Both the position numbers and the translations under genes were made by a program. DNA of 64,000 nt from Vulcanimicrobiota bacterium. Its GTDB lineage: Bacteria; Vulcanimicrobiota; Xenobia; Xenobiales; JADMJV01. The stretch is from positions 1,708,685 through 1,772,684 of the forward strand of contig JBFWNU010000001.1 in assembly GCA_050250895.1 (NCBI GenBank), read 5' to 3'. The notes below the pieces were generated by a model, which saw only the letters and a list, made by a program, of their open reading frames with translations, did not search any database and was not told where the DNA came from. This document shows positions 1 through 9,574 of this stretch, piece by piece (the first letter of the stretch is position 1; every line of letters starts with the position of its first letter).

Positions 1-2121
1 GGTCACACTCAGATGAACGAAGGCTCCGGGGGCCGCATCGGCTTTGTCCGGAAGGTCAGCCTGATCGAGCATGAGCCTCTCGCTTTGCAGGCTGAGGCGA
101 CCTCCGTTCGGCATCGCATCCCGGGCGTTGACCACCAGGTTGGTCACCACCTGTTCTAGCATCCCTGGGTCAGCGTAGACCCAGATGGGTTCGTGGCCAA
201 GTTCCAGCTCGAAAGCGATGTCCTCGCGAATGACCCGTCCCAGCAAGCCGGCCAACCCTTCGAGCAGTCGATTGACCTCGAGGTTCTTGGGTTGAACCAC
301 TTGTTTCCGGCTAAACACCAGCAATTGCCGAGTCAATCTGGCAGCTCGCCCGGCATCCTCGACGATGCGCTCGATATGCTCACGAGCCTCAGCCGTCAGT
401 TCGGATTCGAGGGCCAGATCGGCCTCCATGAGGATAGAACTCAGAATGTTGTTGAAGTCGTGGGCCACCCCCCCGGCGAGCTGGCCGACGGCTTCGAGTT
501 TCTGGGCCTGGCGAACTTGAAGTTCGAGTTCGCGTGCGACCTGCTCGGCTTGCTTGCGCGCGGTAATGTCCACCGCCGCCCCCAGGCTAATTTCGGGCCG
601 ACCCTGATCGTCACACACCATGGTCGCGTGGACGTTCACCCAGACCTCACGACCGTCCTTGTGCTGATAGCGCTTCTCTCGCTGATAGCCCGAGCCCCGG
701 GCGCTGAGAACCTTTTCGATGCCATGCCGAGACTCCAGGCGGTCGGCGGGATGGGTGAGTTGGGCGATGGACATCTGTTGGAGTTCTTCCTGACAGTAGC
801 CGGTCATCTCGCACAGCTTGCGGTTGGCCATGAGGATTCGGCCGGTGGCAGGGTCGGCTTGTCCCATGCCGATAGCCGCCAACTCGAAGATGGCTCGAAA
901 AGTCTGTTCGCTGCGCCGCAACGAGGCCTCCATCATCTGGTGCTCGTGGCGCTCGACCAGCCTGTCGAGAGCGAACGAGATATCGCCGGCCGTCTCGTCG
1001 AGCAAGCGCATCTCTTCCGTGCGGAAGAAGCATTCCTCTCCCGAGCAAACGACCAGGGCCCCGACGCAGCACCCTCGCTCGAACAAGGGCAGCGAAGCCC
1101 AGGAGCGTACGGGCGAGCCATCTTGGGACTGGCAGATCTCTCGCTGGCCCAGCTCGGCCTCGGGCATCAAAACCCCCGCACCGGCTTCGGAGGACCAGCG
1201 AATGAGGCTAGAACTGCATCCGTTGGGCTTCCAAACCAGCGCGACCCCAAGGAACTTGCCATACTCGATCATCACCTCCGCGATCTTCTCGAACAGGTCC
1301 TCTCGGCTGTCGTAGTAGCGCACGATGTTCTGGTTGACTTGACTGAGGGTGGCATACAGCCGCGTGTAGTGGTCGATTCTCAGGTTGGCCAGCACGGCCG
1401 GAGTGATATCTTGCAGGCTACAGCGCAGGCGAACCACGCGACCGTCCTGCTCGAGTGGCTCGCAATGAAAGCGCAGCCAACGACGAACCCCTCTTGGGCT
1501 GACCGTCTCCAACTCTAACTGCGCACACTGCGAGTGTTCCAGCGCATTGCGCACCGCCGTCTCGACCGCCAACCGGCTGGAACCGTGATGAAGCTCGAGC
1601 AGACCGGCTAGATCCGTGGGGGGCTTGTCGAGTTCATAGAGACGGGCAACCTCGGACGTTCCCCAGGCCCGGCCGGTGACGACATCGAGTTCCCAGCCGC
1701 CGATTCGCGCGGCCCGCCCCACGAAATTGAGCAACTCCTCGCGTTCTTTCAGTTTGCGCTCGGCCTCTACCCGCTGGGTAATCACCTCGCTCAGGATCAG
1801 TAGGCCTGCAATCTGTTCCTGCTCGTCGCGCCATGGATGCACTTCCCAGCGTAGCCAGACTATCGCACCGTCGGGTCCGGGAAAGGCGTCGAGTTCTTGC
1901 TTTTCCACCGCGCCTGCAAGGCACCGTTGGTGCACCTCACGCCAGCGTTGGGGCAGGTCCGGAAAGAGTTCGTAATGACTCTGGCCGATGAACTCGCGTT
2001 CGCCCAGTTGGTATTCCTCGCACCAGCGGCGACTGACCTTGAGGTAGCGCATCTCGCGATCAAACATGGCGACCGCGGCGGGACAATGCTCGATGAAGGT
2101 CTCTAGAACCGAGGCTGGCAT
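1..2121 (-). CDS. PAS/PAC sensor histidine kinase (partial, runs off left edge)
   Basis: Not in the ORF track because it has no stop in the window. ATG at 2121 gives MPASVLETFIEHCPAAVAMFDREMRY (PAS); H-box QAQKLEAVGQLAGGVAHDFNNILS near 440-520. ORF 193..1518(+) is its antisense shadow. Confidence 0.85.
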   Translation of the reverse strand, partial: MPASVLETFIEHCPAAVAMFDREMRYLKVSRRWCEEYQLGEREFIGQSHYELFPDLPQRWREVHQRCLAGAVEKQELDAFPGPDGAIVWLRWEVHPWRDEQEQIAGLLILSEVITQRVEAERKLKEREELLNFVGRAARIGGWELDVVTGRAWGTSEVARLYELDKPPTDLAGLLELHHGSSRLAVETAVRNALEHSQCAQLELETVSPRGVRRWLRFHCEPLEQDGRVVRLRCSLQDITPAVLANLRIDHYTRLYATLSQVNQNIVRYYDSREDLFEKIAEVMIEYGKFLGVALVWKPNGCSSSLIRWSSEAGAGVLMPEAELGQREICQSQDGSPVRSWASLPLFERGCCVGALVVCSGEECFFRTEEMRLLDETAGDISFALDRLVERHEHQMMEASLRRSEQTFRAIFELAAIGMGQADPATGRILMANRKLCEMTGYCQEELQQMSIAQLTHPADRLESRHGIEKVLSARGSGYQREKRYQHKDGREVWVNVHATMVCDDQGRPEISLGAAVDITARKQAEQVARELELQVRQAQKLEAVGQLAGGVAHDFNNILSSILMEADLALESELTAEAREHIERIVEDAGRAARLTRQLLVFSRKQVVQPKNLEVNRLLEGLAGLLGRVIREDIAFELELGHEPIWVYADPGMLEQVVTNLVVNARDAMPNGGRLSLQSERLMLDQADLPDKADAAPGAFVHLSVT

Positions 2122-2139
2122 GAACTTGATCTTACCACG

Positions 2140-2173
2140 AAAAAAGCCTGACCCAATGATCTGGGTCAGGCTT
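2140..2173 (-). terminator. Rho-independent terminator of the 1406-aa gene
   Basis: AAGCCTGACCCA/TGGGTCAGGCTT inverted repeat followed by a T-run on the minus strand. Confidence 0.8.
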
Positions 2174-2203
2174 CTCGGGCCAGACACTAGAATCTGTCAG
2201 AAA

Positions 2204-5200
2204 TTACCAGCCGCCTCCGCGCGAGCCCGACCGGCGGCCGCCACCAGACGAACCACCCCGCGAGCCGCTGCTGCTGCGCCGCCGTTCTTCGGCCCGACGT
2301 TGCTCGGCTCGGCGTTGCTCGGCTCGGCGTTGCTCGTCACGACGTCGTTCCTCGCTCCGACGTTGTTCGGCGCGACGGCGCTCTTCTTCACGTCGGATCC
2401 GTTCTTCGTGTTCGCGCTGCAGCCGCTCCAGGCGCGACTTCTGCGAGTCGAAGCGACTGCGGGCGCTGCTGACGGCGCTGCCAGCCGCGCTCTTGGCGCT
2501 CGAGGCTTTGCTGATGGCCGACTCGGCCTGGCTCTCGGCCTGTTCGTAAGCTTTGCTTCCCATCTGGCCGCGGGCGGCCTGGAGAGCTTGCTCGGCCGCC
2601 GACAGCGAGCTGTAAGCCGACGACAGATCGCTGCGGGTGACCGACTCGCTGGCTCGACCTTGCGGGTTGGACCAGCTCCAGCTCTGCCCTTCGGCCGAGC
2701 TGATCTCCGAGCGCGCGCTGGCGATGGCGCTGCCGGCTCGATCGATAGCAGAGTTGGCCGAGTCGAAGGCGTTCTTGTCGGATGCGATGGCCGACTCGAC
2801 CGCCTGGCGAGCCTGCTCGGCCTGGGACAACGCCTCGGCCGAGGCGTAAGGGTTGAGAGGCTTGGCCGCCACCGCACCCCCCGCCTTCTTGAGTTCGGCC
2901 TCGGCAGGCGCCAGCAGCTTCTTGGCTGGGTCACGAACGAAGTTAGCGTCCAGATGCGATCGGGTTTCGTCGAGACGCCCGCCCAGGGCCTCGAGTTCTT
3001 GCTCGTTGCCGGCTTGCTTCTTGGCCAGCAGCTGTTCGGCTCCGCTGACGGAGTCGAGTTCGGACTGGGCCGAGCGCAGAGTGCCGTCAACCGTCTGCAG
3101 ATCATCGCGGGCCGTCAGCAGCTGGGCCTGATCGAAGTGACCGACAGCCGTCTGAGTCTGCTCACGAGCCATGCCCAGCAGTTGGTTGGCGTTGGGAATG
3201 TCGTCGCTGATAGTCTGGCCCGAGTTGACGTCAGGAGCCACCAACTCGAGCACCACCGGAGCATAGGTGGCCTGGATGCGATCCAGCGCCGGCTCGTAGC
3301 TGGCTTCGATGCTGTCGTCGATGGAAACGGTCCTCTTCTTGCGTTCGTCGAGGGTCGAGGGAAAGGCCTCAAAGGCAGCTCGGCTGTCGGCCACCAACCC
3401 GTGGGCCTCTTGGGATAGATCGCGAATCGAATCGAGGTGCTGGCGGGCACCGGCCACGTCGCCCTGGTTGAGGCTTTGGGCCACTCCGTCGTGGTGTTGA
3501 TGGGCCGATTGGGTGCGCTCGCTGGGGTCGCGGCCTTCTTCGCGCAGCATCTGGTCGGGGGTGCCGTCTTGGAACACGCCCATCGCCTGTAGCTTGCTGT
3601 GCAGGTCGGTGCGAGCCTCAGAGATGTCCTTTTCGGCGCCTTCGATCTGACCGGGGGCCACTTCGCGGCGTTCCTGGTCGAGTCCGATGACTTGCTTGAC
3701 CTGAGAGCCCAGGGCAGCCGCTTCGCCGCTGATTTTCTCGAGCTGGTCGGCGAGCGGGACGCGCACGGCCGTGTCGGCCGTGTCATCGAGGCGTTCCGAG
3801 AGCGCGTGTTCGCGGCGGGTAGCCCAATCGGTCTTGAGGCCAGCCGGAATCAAGGTCTGCTCGGCCTGGTCCATGATCGGCACCAGGCTTTCGCGCAACT
3901 GTTGACCGGTCGTAACCACTTTGTCGGCGTCACCGATCATGCGCTCGGCCGGGCGGGCGAAGTCCTCCCAGGCCCGCACCGGGTCCTGGTCTTTGACCTG
4001 CCGGCCTTTGGCGATCAGTCCGCCTTGCTCGGCATCCGAGAGCACGCCGGCCAGGAGGTTGTCGCGCACCGAGGGGGCCGTAAAGCGCGTGTCGTCGCCG
4101 GCCTTTTGGGCCAGCTCCTCAGACTTCTTGTCGACCTCGCGCCCCGATTTTTCGAGCGTGTCGAGAAATTGGGTGATTTCCGAGTTCTTCTCGATGATCT
4201 CGTGGAGCAACCCGGCCGCCGTGTCGCGGTTTTCGGCCATGGCCAGCAAGACTTCATAGAGCGACTTTTTGAACTCGCGCGAAGCCCCTTTGCGCAGTAG
4301 TTCTTCGCGCCATGACTCGGCTTTGCTGCCCTTCTCCATGACGGTGCGCGAGCTGTCTTCAAAATTGAACGGCAGCCGCTTCTCGGGATCGGTCAGAAGC
4401 TGGATGGCCTGGTCGTAGTTGCCGGTAGTGAAGAGGTTCTTGGGCGAATTGGGCGCGATCAACTGCTCGGCCTCGGCCAGAAACTTCTCGGCGCCGCCCA
4501 CCAGGGTGAGGGCGTCGGTCACGTTCTCGATAAGGTCTTTGGCCATCTTCTCGGTCTTGCCCGAATACTGGGCGATGGACTGGTAGTCGGCCTGGTCCAT
4601 CAGCTCGATGAGAGCCTGGGTGCGGGCCTGGATGTCGGAAGTGGCGTCGCGCAAGGCCTGCTGGGCCTCTTTCTTGCGAGCCCGGGCCTTGGCGTTGGCG
4701 AAGATGCCCAGGGCGATGGTGCCGATCGCCACGGCTGAGGAGACACCGAGGATGACCCGTTTGGTGGTAGCCTCCTGGCTGTGGGCTTGTTCTACGTCCT
4801 TGAGTCCGGCGGCGGCTTCGCTCCGGGCCGTCTGCAGCGGGGCCAGGGCATCGCCGGTCTTGCCGTTGACGCGGGCCTCGTGCTGCTCGAGAGCGGCCTG
4901 GGCGGCCTCGAAGTGGCGGTGAGCGCTCTGGCCATGGCCGTTGTCAGGGGCCTTCTCGAGGGCGGCTTGCAGCTGCTCGACCTCGGCCTTGACCTGGTCC
5001 GAGAGGGCGTCGGCCTGACGGAAGTTCGCCATGGCCTGTTGATGACTCGAAATCGAGTTCACCAGGCTGCTAGCCAGCGACTTGGCCGTGTCGAAATCGC
5101 CGGCCCTCATAGCGTCTTGAGCCCGCTTGAGCTGGTCCTCCCAGCCTTTGACGTCGGGGCTGCCGATCTGACCGCCCTGGCCAAAGTCTTTCTGGAACTT

Positions 5201-6424
5201 GCTCAGAGCCTCTTTGTCTTGAGCCAGCGAACGTTCGGCCTGGCCCATCAGCTGGCTGGCGGTGGCCAGCGTCTGCTCGTAGCCGGTGATGGCCTGGTTG
5301 GCCGCGCCCACTGCGCCGATCACTCCGTTGGCTTTGTCGATGGCCTGCTGGAACTGGCCCGAATCGAGGGCCGCTTTGGCCTCTTGCAGCTGGGTTTGCC
5401 AGCCCGAGAAGTTGGGCTCGGGGATGGCGTTAGGGTGCTGTCGGTTGAAGTCGCGATAGCGGTCTTGCAGACGGGGCACCTCGCTTTCGCCTCGATGCAC
5501 GGCCTCGGTGGCGCTGGTCCTCAGGTTGGCCACGTACTTGTCGATCTCGCCGTTGACCTCTTTAAAGACATCCTCGAGCATGCCGGGCATGTTCTTGCCC
5601 TGGTCGCGAGCTCTCAGGAAGGTGCGCAGCAGGCGCAGCGGATTGCCGTATTCGTCAGAGAAGTTCTCTTCGCCCACCCCCAGTTTGTCGGGCAGCTCTT
5701 CCGAGCGCATGAAGATCTTGCGACCGCCGTTGCTGTCGAAATAGACCATGAAGACCGCCGCTTCTTTTTCGCCGGTCTCTTCGTTACGCACGCTCTGGAA
5801 GGCGTCGCTGTTGCCGATGCCGGTGCTGACGGTGTAGTCGAAGTCTTCGTAATTGCTGGCATAGTCGATCAGAACTACGTACATGTTGGGGTGCTGCTTG
5901 AGCACGTTCTGCATCTGCGCCATCTCGCTGGCCGTGAGAGGGTTGCCCTTCACGTAGAGTTGCTGTTCTGCGCTAAACTTGTCGACCACATCCTGGGCGC
6001 TCGAGAAGGACACCGGGGTAGTGTCACGCGTCTGGTTGGCGCGCAGGATGTTGGCCATCAGTGAGGCCGAGTTGGCTGGGGCTGCCTGGGTCTGGCTTAG
6101 CGAGGCCGCATAGGCGGGACTGGCGGCGCCGACCATGCCGACCCCGACGCCGAGCACGGTCAAGCCAAGGGCCGCCGCTCCGGCCAGCTTTTTCATGCCG
6201 CTCGACTCGTCCTGGTGACCGTCGACTTCGCCCAGTGTTTGGGGTTCTAGTTTGGTGGGTTGCTCCCAAGAGCCTCCGGCGCTGGGACGCAGCCTGGGAG
6301 GCGGTGAGTTTTGAGCTGAGGGTTGGAAGGTTTCCCGGGGTTGAGCATCAGATTGCTCTATATGTCTAGCAGGACGAGCGCTGAAAATCACGCGCTCGCC
6401 AACGGGATTTACGTTGTTGGCCAA
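2204..6424 (-). CDS. Large membrane-anchored coiled-coil protein (TPM-like architecture, charged repeats and Gly/Ser-rich tail)
   Basis: 1406 aa, TTG start with AGGAGG RBS; hydrophobic segments near aa 80-105 and ~560-580; long helical regions; C-terminal EQRRA repeats and SSSGSRGGSSGGG...GGW. Confidence 0.75.
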   Translation of the reverse strand: MANNVNPVGERVIFSARPARHIEQSDAQPRETFQPSAQNSPPPRLRPSAGGSWEQPTKLEPQTLGEVDGHQDESSGMKKLAGAAALGLTVLGVGVGMVGAASPAYAASLSQTQAAPANSASLMANILRANQTRDTTPVSFSSAQDVVDKFSAEQQLYVKGNPLTASEMAQMQNVLKQHPNMYVVLIDYASNYEDFDYTVSTGIGNSDAFQSVRNEETGEKEAAVFMVYFDSNGGRKIFMRSEELPDKLGVGEENFSDEYGNPLRLLRTFLRARDQGKNMPGMLEDVFKEVNGEIDKYVANLRTSATEAVHRGESEVPRLQDRYRDFNRQHPNAIPEPNFSGWQTQLQEAKAALDSGQFQQAIDKANGVIGAVGAANQAITGYEQTLATASQLMGQAERSLAQDKEALSKFQKDFGQGGQIGSPDVKGWEDQLKRAQDAMRAGDFDTAKSLASSLVNSISSHQQAMANFRQADALSDQVKAEVEQLQAALEKAPDNGHGQSAHRHFEAAQAALEQHEARVNGKTGDALAPLQTARSEAAAGLKDVEQAHSQEATTKRVILGVSSAVAIGTIALGIFANAKARARKKEAQQALRDATSDIQARTQALIELMDQADYQSIAQYSGKTEKMAKDLIENVTDALTLVGGAEKFLAEAEQLIAPNSPKNLFTTGNYDQAIQLLTDPEKRLPFNFEDSSRTVMEKGSKAESWREELLRKGASREFKKSLYEVLLAMAENRDTAAGLLHEIIEKNSEITQFLDTLEKSGREVDKKSEELAQKAGDDTRFTAPSVRDNLLAGVLSDAEQGGLIAKGRQVKDQDPVRAWEDFARPAERMIGDADKVVTTGQQLRESLVPIMDQAEQTLIPAGLKTDWATRREHALSERLDDTADTAVRVPLADQLEKISGEAAALGSQVKQVIGLDQERREVAPGQIEGAEKDISEARTDLHSKLQAMGVFQDGTPDQMLREEGRDPSERTQSAHQHHDGVAQSLNQGDVAGARQHLDSIRDLSQEAHGLVADSRAAFEAFPSTLDERKKRTVSIDDSIEASYEPALDRIQATYAPVVLELVAPDVNSGQTISDDIPNANQLLGMAREQTQTAVGHFDQAQLLTARDDLQTVDGTLRSAQSELDSVSGAEQLLAKKQAGNEQELEALGGRLDETRSHLDANFVRDPAKKLLAPAEAELKKAGGAVAAKPLNPYASAEALSQAEQARQAVESAIASDKNAFDSANSAIDRAGSAIASARSEISSAEGQSWSWSNPQGRASESVTRSDLSSAYSSLSAAEQALQAARGQMGSKAYEQAESQAESAISKASSAKSAAGSAVSSARSRFDSQKSRLERLQREHEERIRREEERRRAEQRRSEERRRDEQRRAEQRRAEQRRAEERRRSSSGSRGGSSGGGRRSGSRGGGW

Positions 6425-6469
6425 GATACTATCCTCCTAGATAGCACTCTAGAAAAAGGCCCTGAAAAA

Positions 6470-7339
6470 ATGCCCACACACCCTTCGACGGATGGTCAGG
6501 AACGTCACAGATTTGTAAAGAACCTCCAGTTGATCCTGGGGGCGGCGGCCTGGAGCTTGCTGTGGCTGGTTTCTCTTGGTCTGGCCGAGCGTCTATTGGC
6601 GCTGGCTCTTTGCTTGAGTGTGCCCATCGGCTTGCGGGTGCTCGAGCGGCCTGTTTGGGTGCGCCTGGCCAGCGGCCTGGCAGCTGTGTTCGGCCTGTTC
6701 TCGTTTTTGCTGCCGGTCGGCCCCCGGGCGGCCGGGTTGGCCATGATCTGGGCGATATCCACCGGGGTGGTCGCCTTGACCGCCCTCTGGCCTGCGCCCG
6801 AGCGGCAACTGCGAAGCCTGTTGGCCAGCGCCGGCGGCGTCTATCTGGCGGTGGGCGGAGCCTGGATGGTGGTGGCCCGCTGGGGTCAGCCCTTCATGGG
6901 GTTTGACCCTCTGCTCTGCTTGTTGACGGCCAACCACTTTCACTACGCAGGCTTTGCTGCGCCCATCCTGGCCTCGCGGGCTCCTCGCCTGCCGGCCTGG
7001 GCCGGCTGGAGCATTCTGGTCTGTCCGATTTTGATCGCGATCGGAATCACCGCCTTACCCCTGCTGGAATGGATGGGCGCTGTCCTCTTCGCCGGGGCGC
7101 TTATTGCCCTGGCCGTTCTCAACCTGGGAGCCGACTACGGCGGGCCGGCCGTTTTGACCCGACTGTCGTGGGCGGCTTTGCTGGTCTCGATGCCGCTGGC
7201 CGCCGTCTACGCTCTGGGCCAGTCCTTTCCGTTCCAGGCGCCGAGCATTCCGTGGATGATTCTCAGCCACGGCTTGCTCAACGCGGTCGTCTTTTCGCTC
7301 GGCGGTTTGGCGGGCGAACTCACTCGGGGCGCTCGCTGA
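6470..7339 (+). CDS. YndJ-like integral membrane protein
   Basis: Multiple TM helices with LLTANHFHYAGF and SHGLLNAV motifs; start uncertain (ATG 6470 chosen). Confidence 0.7.
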   Translation: MPTHPSTDGQERHRFVKNLQLILGAAAWSLLWLVSLGLAERLLALALCLSVPIGLRVLERPVWVRLASGLAAVFGLFSFLLPVGPRAAGLAMIWAISTGVVALTALWPAPERQLRSLLASAGGVYLAVGGAWMVVARWGQPFMGFDPLLCLLTANHFHYAGFAAPILASRAPRLPAWAGWSILVCPILIAIGITALPLLEWMGAVLFAGALIALAVLNLGADYGGPAVLTRLSWAALLVSMPLAAVYALGQSFPFQAPSIPWMILSHGLLNAVVFSLGGLAGELTRGAR

Positions 7340-7730
7340 GCCCCGACTCACTGTCGTAAGCCGGAAAGTCAGGATGGTGCAGGCCGGCTCCCTCGTGGTT
7401 CGTGCCCTGGCAGCAGACAGAATAGCCCGCCGGATTGAGCTGCAGCGACTCGGTATAGGTGTCGCGTTCGGCCGAGGGACAGGTCGGAATGGTCTTGAGA
7501 TAATTGGGGGTCAAGCTGGAGAGTTCACTCGGAAACTGGCCTTCCCAGTCGTCGGAATACATCTCCATGGCGGTCCCAATGTTTTTCAGGTTCGATTTGC
7601 AGGCAGTCAACTGACCCTGGGCTCTCGCTCTAACGAATCAGGGAGCCAGAATGGCCGACAGCAACAGCAGAACACCGACCACGCAGCCGAGTGCCCCGAG
7701 ACTGAAGCCCCTTGTCTTCTTCACGTTCAC
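7320..7730 (-). pseudogene. Type IV pilin/pseudopilin-like gene interrupted by an in-frame TGA at 7638-7640
   Basis: AAGGAGGA RBS, GTG start; reads KKTRGFSLGALGCVVGVLLLLSAILAP*FVRARAQGQLTACKSNLKNIGTAMEMY in one frame. Confidence 0.75.
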
Positions 7731-8113
7731 TCCTCCTTTCCGATGATTCGTCGCCAGTTGACAGCCAGAAAAATCAGGCAGTAGCCACGAAAGGCCAGAT
7801 CCAGAGCCGGCCAGATCAGCTGGGCCGGATGCTCGGCCCGGGCGGTGGGGTCGAGAGCCACCAGATAGCCGACGGCGATCAATCCCCCCTGCAGGCTCGC
7901 GCCCAACAAAAAAGCGTAACCAAAAGTCTGGTCGAGATACAAACCCAGGATGGCCAGGACATGCATCATTAGTTTCAGGCTCAGGCCGAGGGAGAGTTGC
8001 CATTCACCCTGGTCAGAAAAGCCCTCGGCGATGGCTCGGAGGTCGCCCGGCAGGGCCACCGCCAACGTCAGCAGGGTGCCAAACAGGGCAATCTGACGAG
8101 CAACCACGCTCAT
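7727..8113 (-). CDS. Hypothetical 4-TM membrane protein
   Basis: 128-aa hydrophobic ORF overlapping both neighbours by 4 bp. Confidence 0.7.
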   Translation of the reverse strand: MSVVARQIALFGTLLTLAVALPGDLRAIAEGFSDQGEWQLSLGLSLKLMMHVLAILGLYLDQTFGYAFLLGASLQGGLIAVGYLVALDPTARAEHPAQLIWPALDLAFRGYCLIFLAVNWRRIIGKEE

Positions 8114-8502
8114 TCTGGCCGGGGCCTTCGCAAGAGATCGATGGCTACGGCCACGAGCACCACCCGAAAGAGCAGGTCCAGTCCACCAACGAGGGTGGAG
8201 GCGAGGGGTCCCTCCAACCCCTCGCGGACGAGAATGGTCGATAGGCCGCTGACGAACTGCAAGCGGCGCACCAGGCCCAGCAGTCCGGCTGCCAACAAGA
8301 GAATCTGACCCACCTGATGCTCGACCAGCAGCGCGATGACGGCCGCCAGGGTCAACAGATTGCGCAAGCTCGCCGACAGCAGCAGGCCCGCGGTCCGGTT
8401 CTCGGCCACCGCAAAGAAGAGCCGATCGGCTCCCAGGTCGCCGATCAGCAAGCCAAGGCCGGCGATGATCAGCACTCCTCTCAGGACGAGGTTTTGTTGC
8501 AT
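8110..8502 (-). CDS. Hypothetical 4-TM membrane protein, paralog of 7727-8113
   Basis: AGGAG RBS before ATG 8502 (MQQNLVLRG); shares GDL and LDLxFR motifs with the downstream gene. Confidence 0.7.
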   Translation of the reverse strand: MQQNLVLRGVLIIAGLGLLIGDLGADRLFFAVAENRTAGLLLSASLRNLLTLAAVIALLVEHQVGQILLLAAGLLGLVRRLQFVSGLSTILVREGLEGPLASTLVGGLDLLFRVVLVAVAIDLLRRPRPE

Positions 8503-8635
8503 AACGTCACTCCTACGATGGGATCTTGTTCCCGGTTCATTCCGAGTTTCCGTCCGGGAGGGGGTTTGCAGAGGGAAGTCGCGTCCGGGGCGGGAAAACG
8601 TTCTTCGTTGCCCTCGGGGTGGTGGGTCTTTCCGG

Positions 8636-9574
8636 ATGAAGCAGTCAGTTGTAAAACTTCTCAAATCGGCACGCGGTCATCTGTTGGAGTATTCCAACTG
8701 CCAGGGTGCAATGGTGATGCTGCGCGAGGGGCCGGGCGGGCCGATGATCGTGCGCACCGTGCGCGGGGTCGATCCGGCCGAGCTTGGCCGCAAGTGTTGT
8801 ACCAGCCACCTCATCGCCATGGTCGAGAAAAAGGGCGAGAGCGTGCTGGTGTCCGACGTTCGCAAGGACACTCGTTTCCAGGACAAGCGCCAGGATTTTC
8901 GGGCCGCGCTGTGTGTGCCCGTCATCGACCGAAACAAAGAAACCATCGGCATCCTGTTCGCCCTCAACCGCAATCAGACCAATGCCTTTTCGGGCGACGA
9001 GCAGAGCGACGCCGAACAGTATGCCAAGACGCTGGCCCGTGAGCTGGAACGGGCTAAATGGGACGATTTTCGGGAAGACGATCCTCCCCCCAGGAAGGCG
9101 CCGGCCGAGCCCAGCGACGGCCTCACTCTCAAATCGTTGGTTCCCTTTATTTTGTTGGCCATCGTGGCGCTGGGGGTTATGGTCATTGGCATCTCGCGCG
9201 GCGGCGAGGACGGTCCCCCTCCGCCCGCGCCGGGTAGTGCCGATGCTCCCACCCCGCAGGGTTTCAACGCCGAGCGGATGGTGGTCGAAGGGCGTCTGCT
9301 CAATCTCGACGGCAAACCCCTGGCGGGCCAGTCTCTAGAAGGGCTGAGGCTGGTCGTGACCCTGCCCAAGTCGCGTGACGTGCTCACCGGCAAAGAGATC
9401 GAGCTGAAAGGTGACGGGCGTTTTCGGGCTCTGTGCAAGCAGCGGGTCATTCCCGACATGGTCGAGGTGAGGGTCGAAGTGCCCAGCTTCAGGGTCGAGC
9501 GGCGGCGCATCAAGGTCGCCGGCGGCCGAGCCCAGATCGGTGAGTTGACTTTAACCCCCCGGCGCGACCACTAA
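8636..9574 (+). CDS. GAF-domain membrane protein
   Basis: SVLVSDVRKDTRF...AALCVPVID...IGILFALNR..AFSGDE GAF signature, one TM helix, extracytoplasmic C-terminus. Confidence 0.7.
   Translation: MKQSVVKLLKSARGHLLEYSNCQGAMVMLREGPGGPMIVRTVRGVDPAELGRKCCTSHLIAMVEKKGESVLVSDVRKDTRFQDKRQDFRAALCVPVIDRNKETIGILFALNRNQTNAFSGDEQSDAEQYAKTLARELERAKWDDFREDDPPPRKAPAEPSDGLTLKSLVPFILLAIVALGVMVIGISRGGEDGPPPPAPGSADAPTPQGFNAERMVVEGRLLNLDGKPLAGQSLEGLRLVVTLPKSRDVLTGKEIELKGDGRFRALCKQRVIPDMVEVRVEVPSFRVERRRIKVAGGRAQIGELTLTPRRDH

Noticed and set aside
193-1518. 441-aa + strand ORF
   Set aside because: Antisense shadow of the minus-strand histidine kinase; such shadows are common at high GC. The same applies to 2066..3418, 4781..6064, 12001..12810 and 54254..55222.
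7638-7640. Selenocysteine or genome-wide TGA recoding
   Set aside because: TGA is used as a normal stop throughout the window, the position is not a Cys-equivalent site, and no convincing SECIS hairpin was seen.
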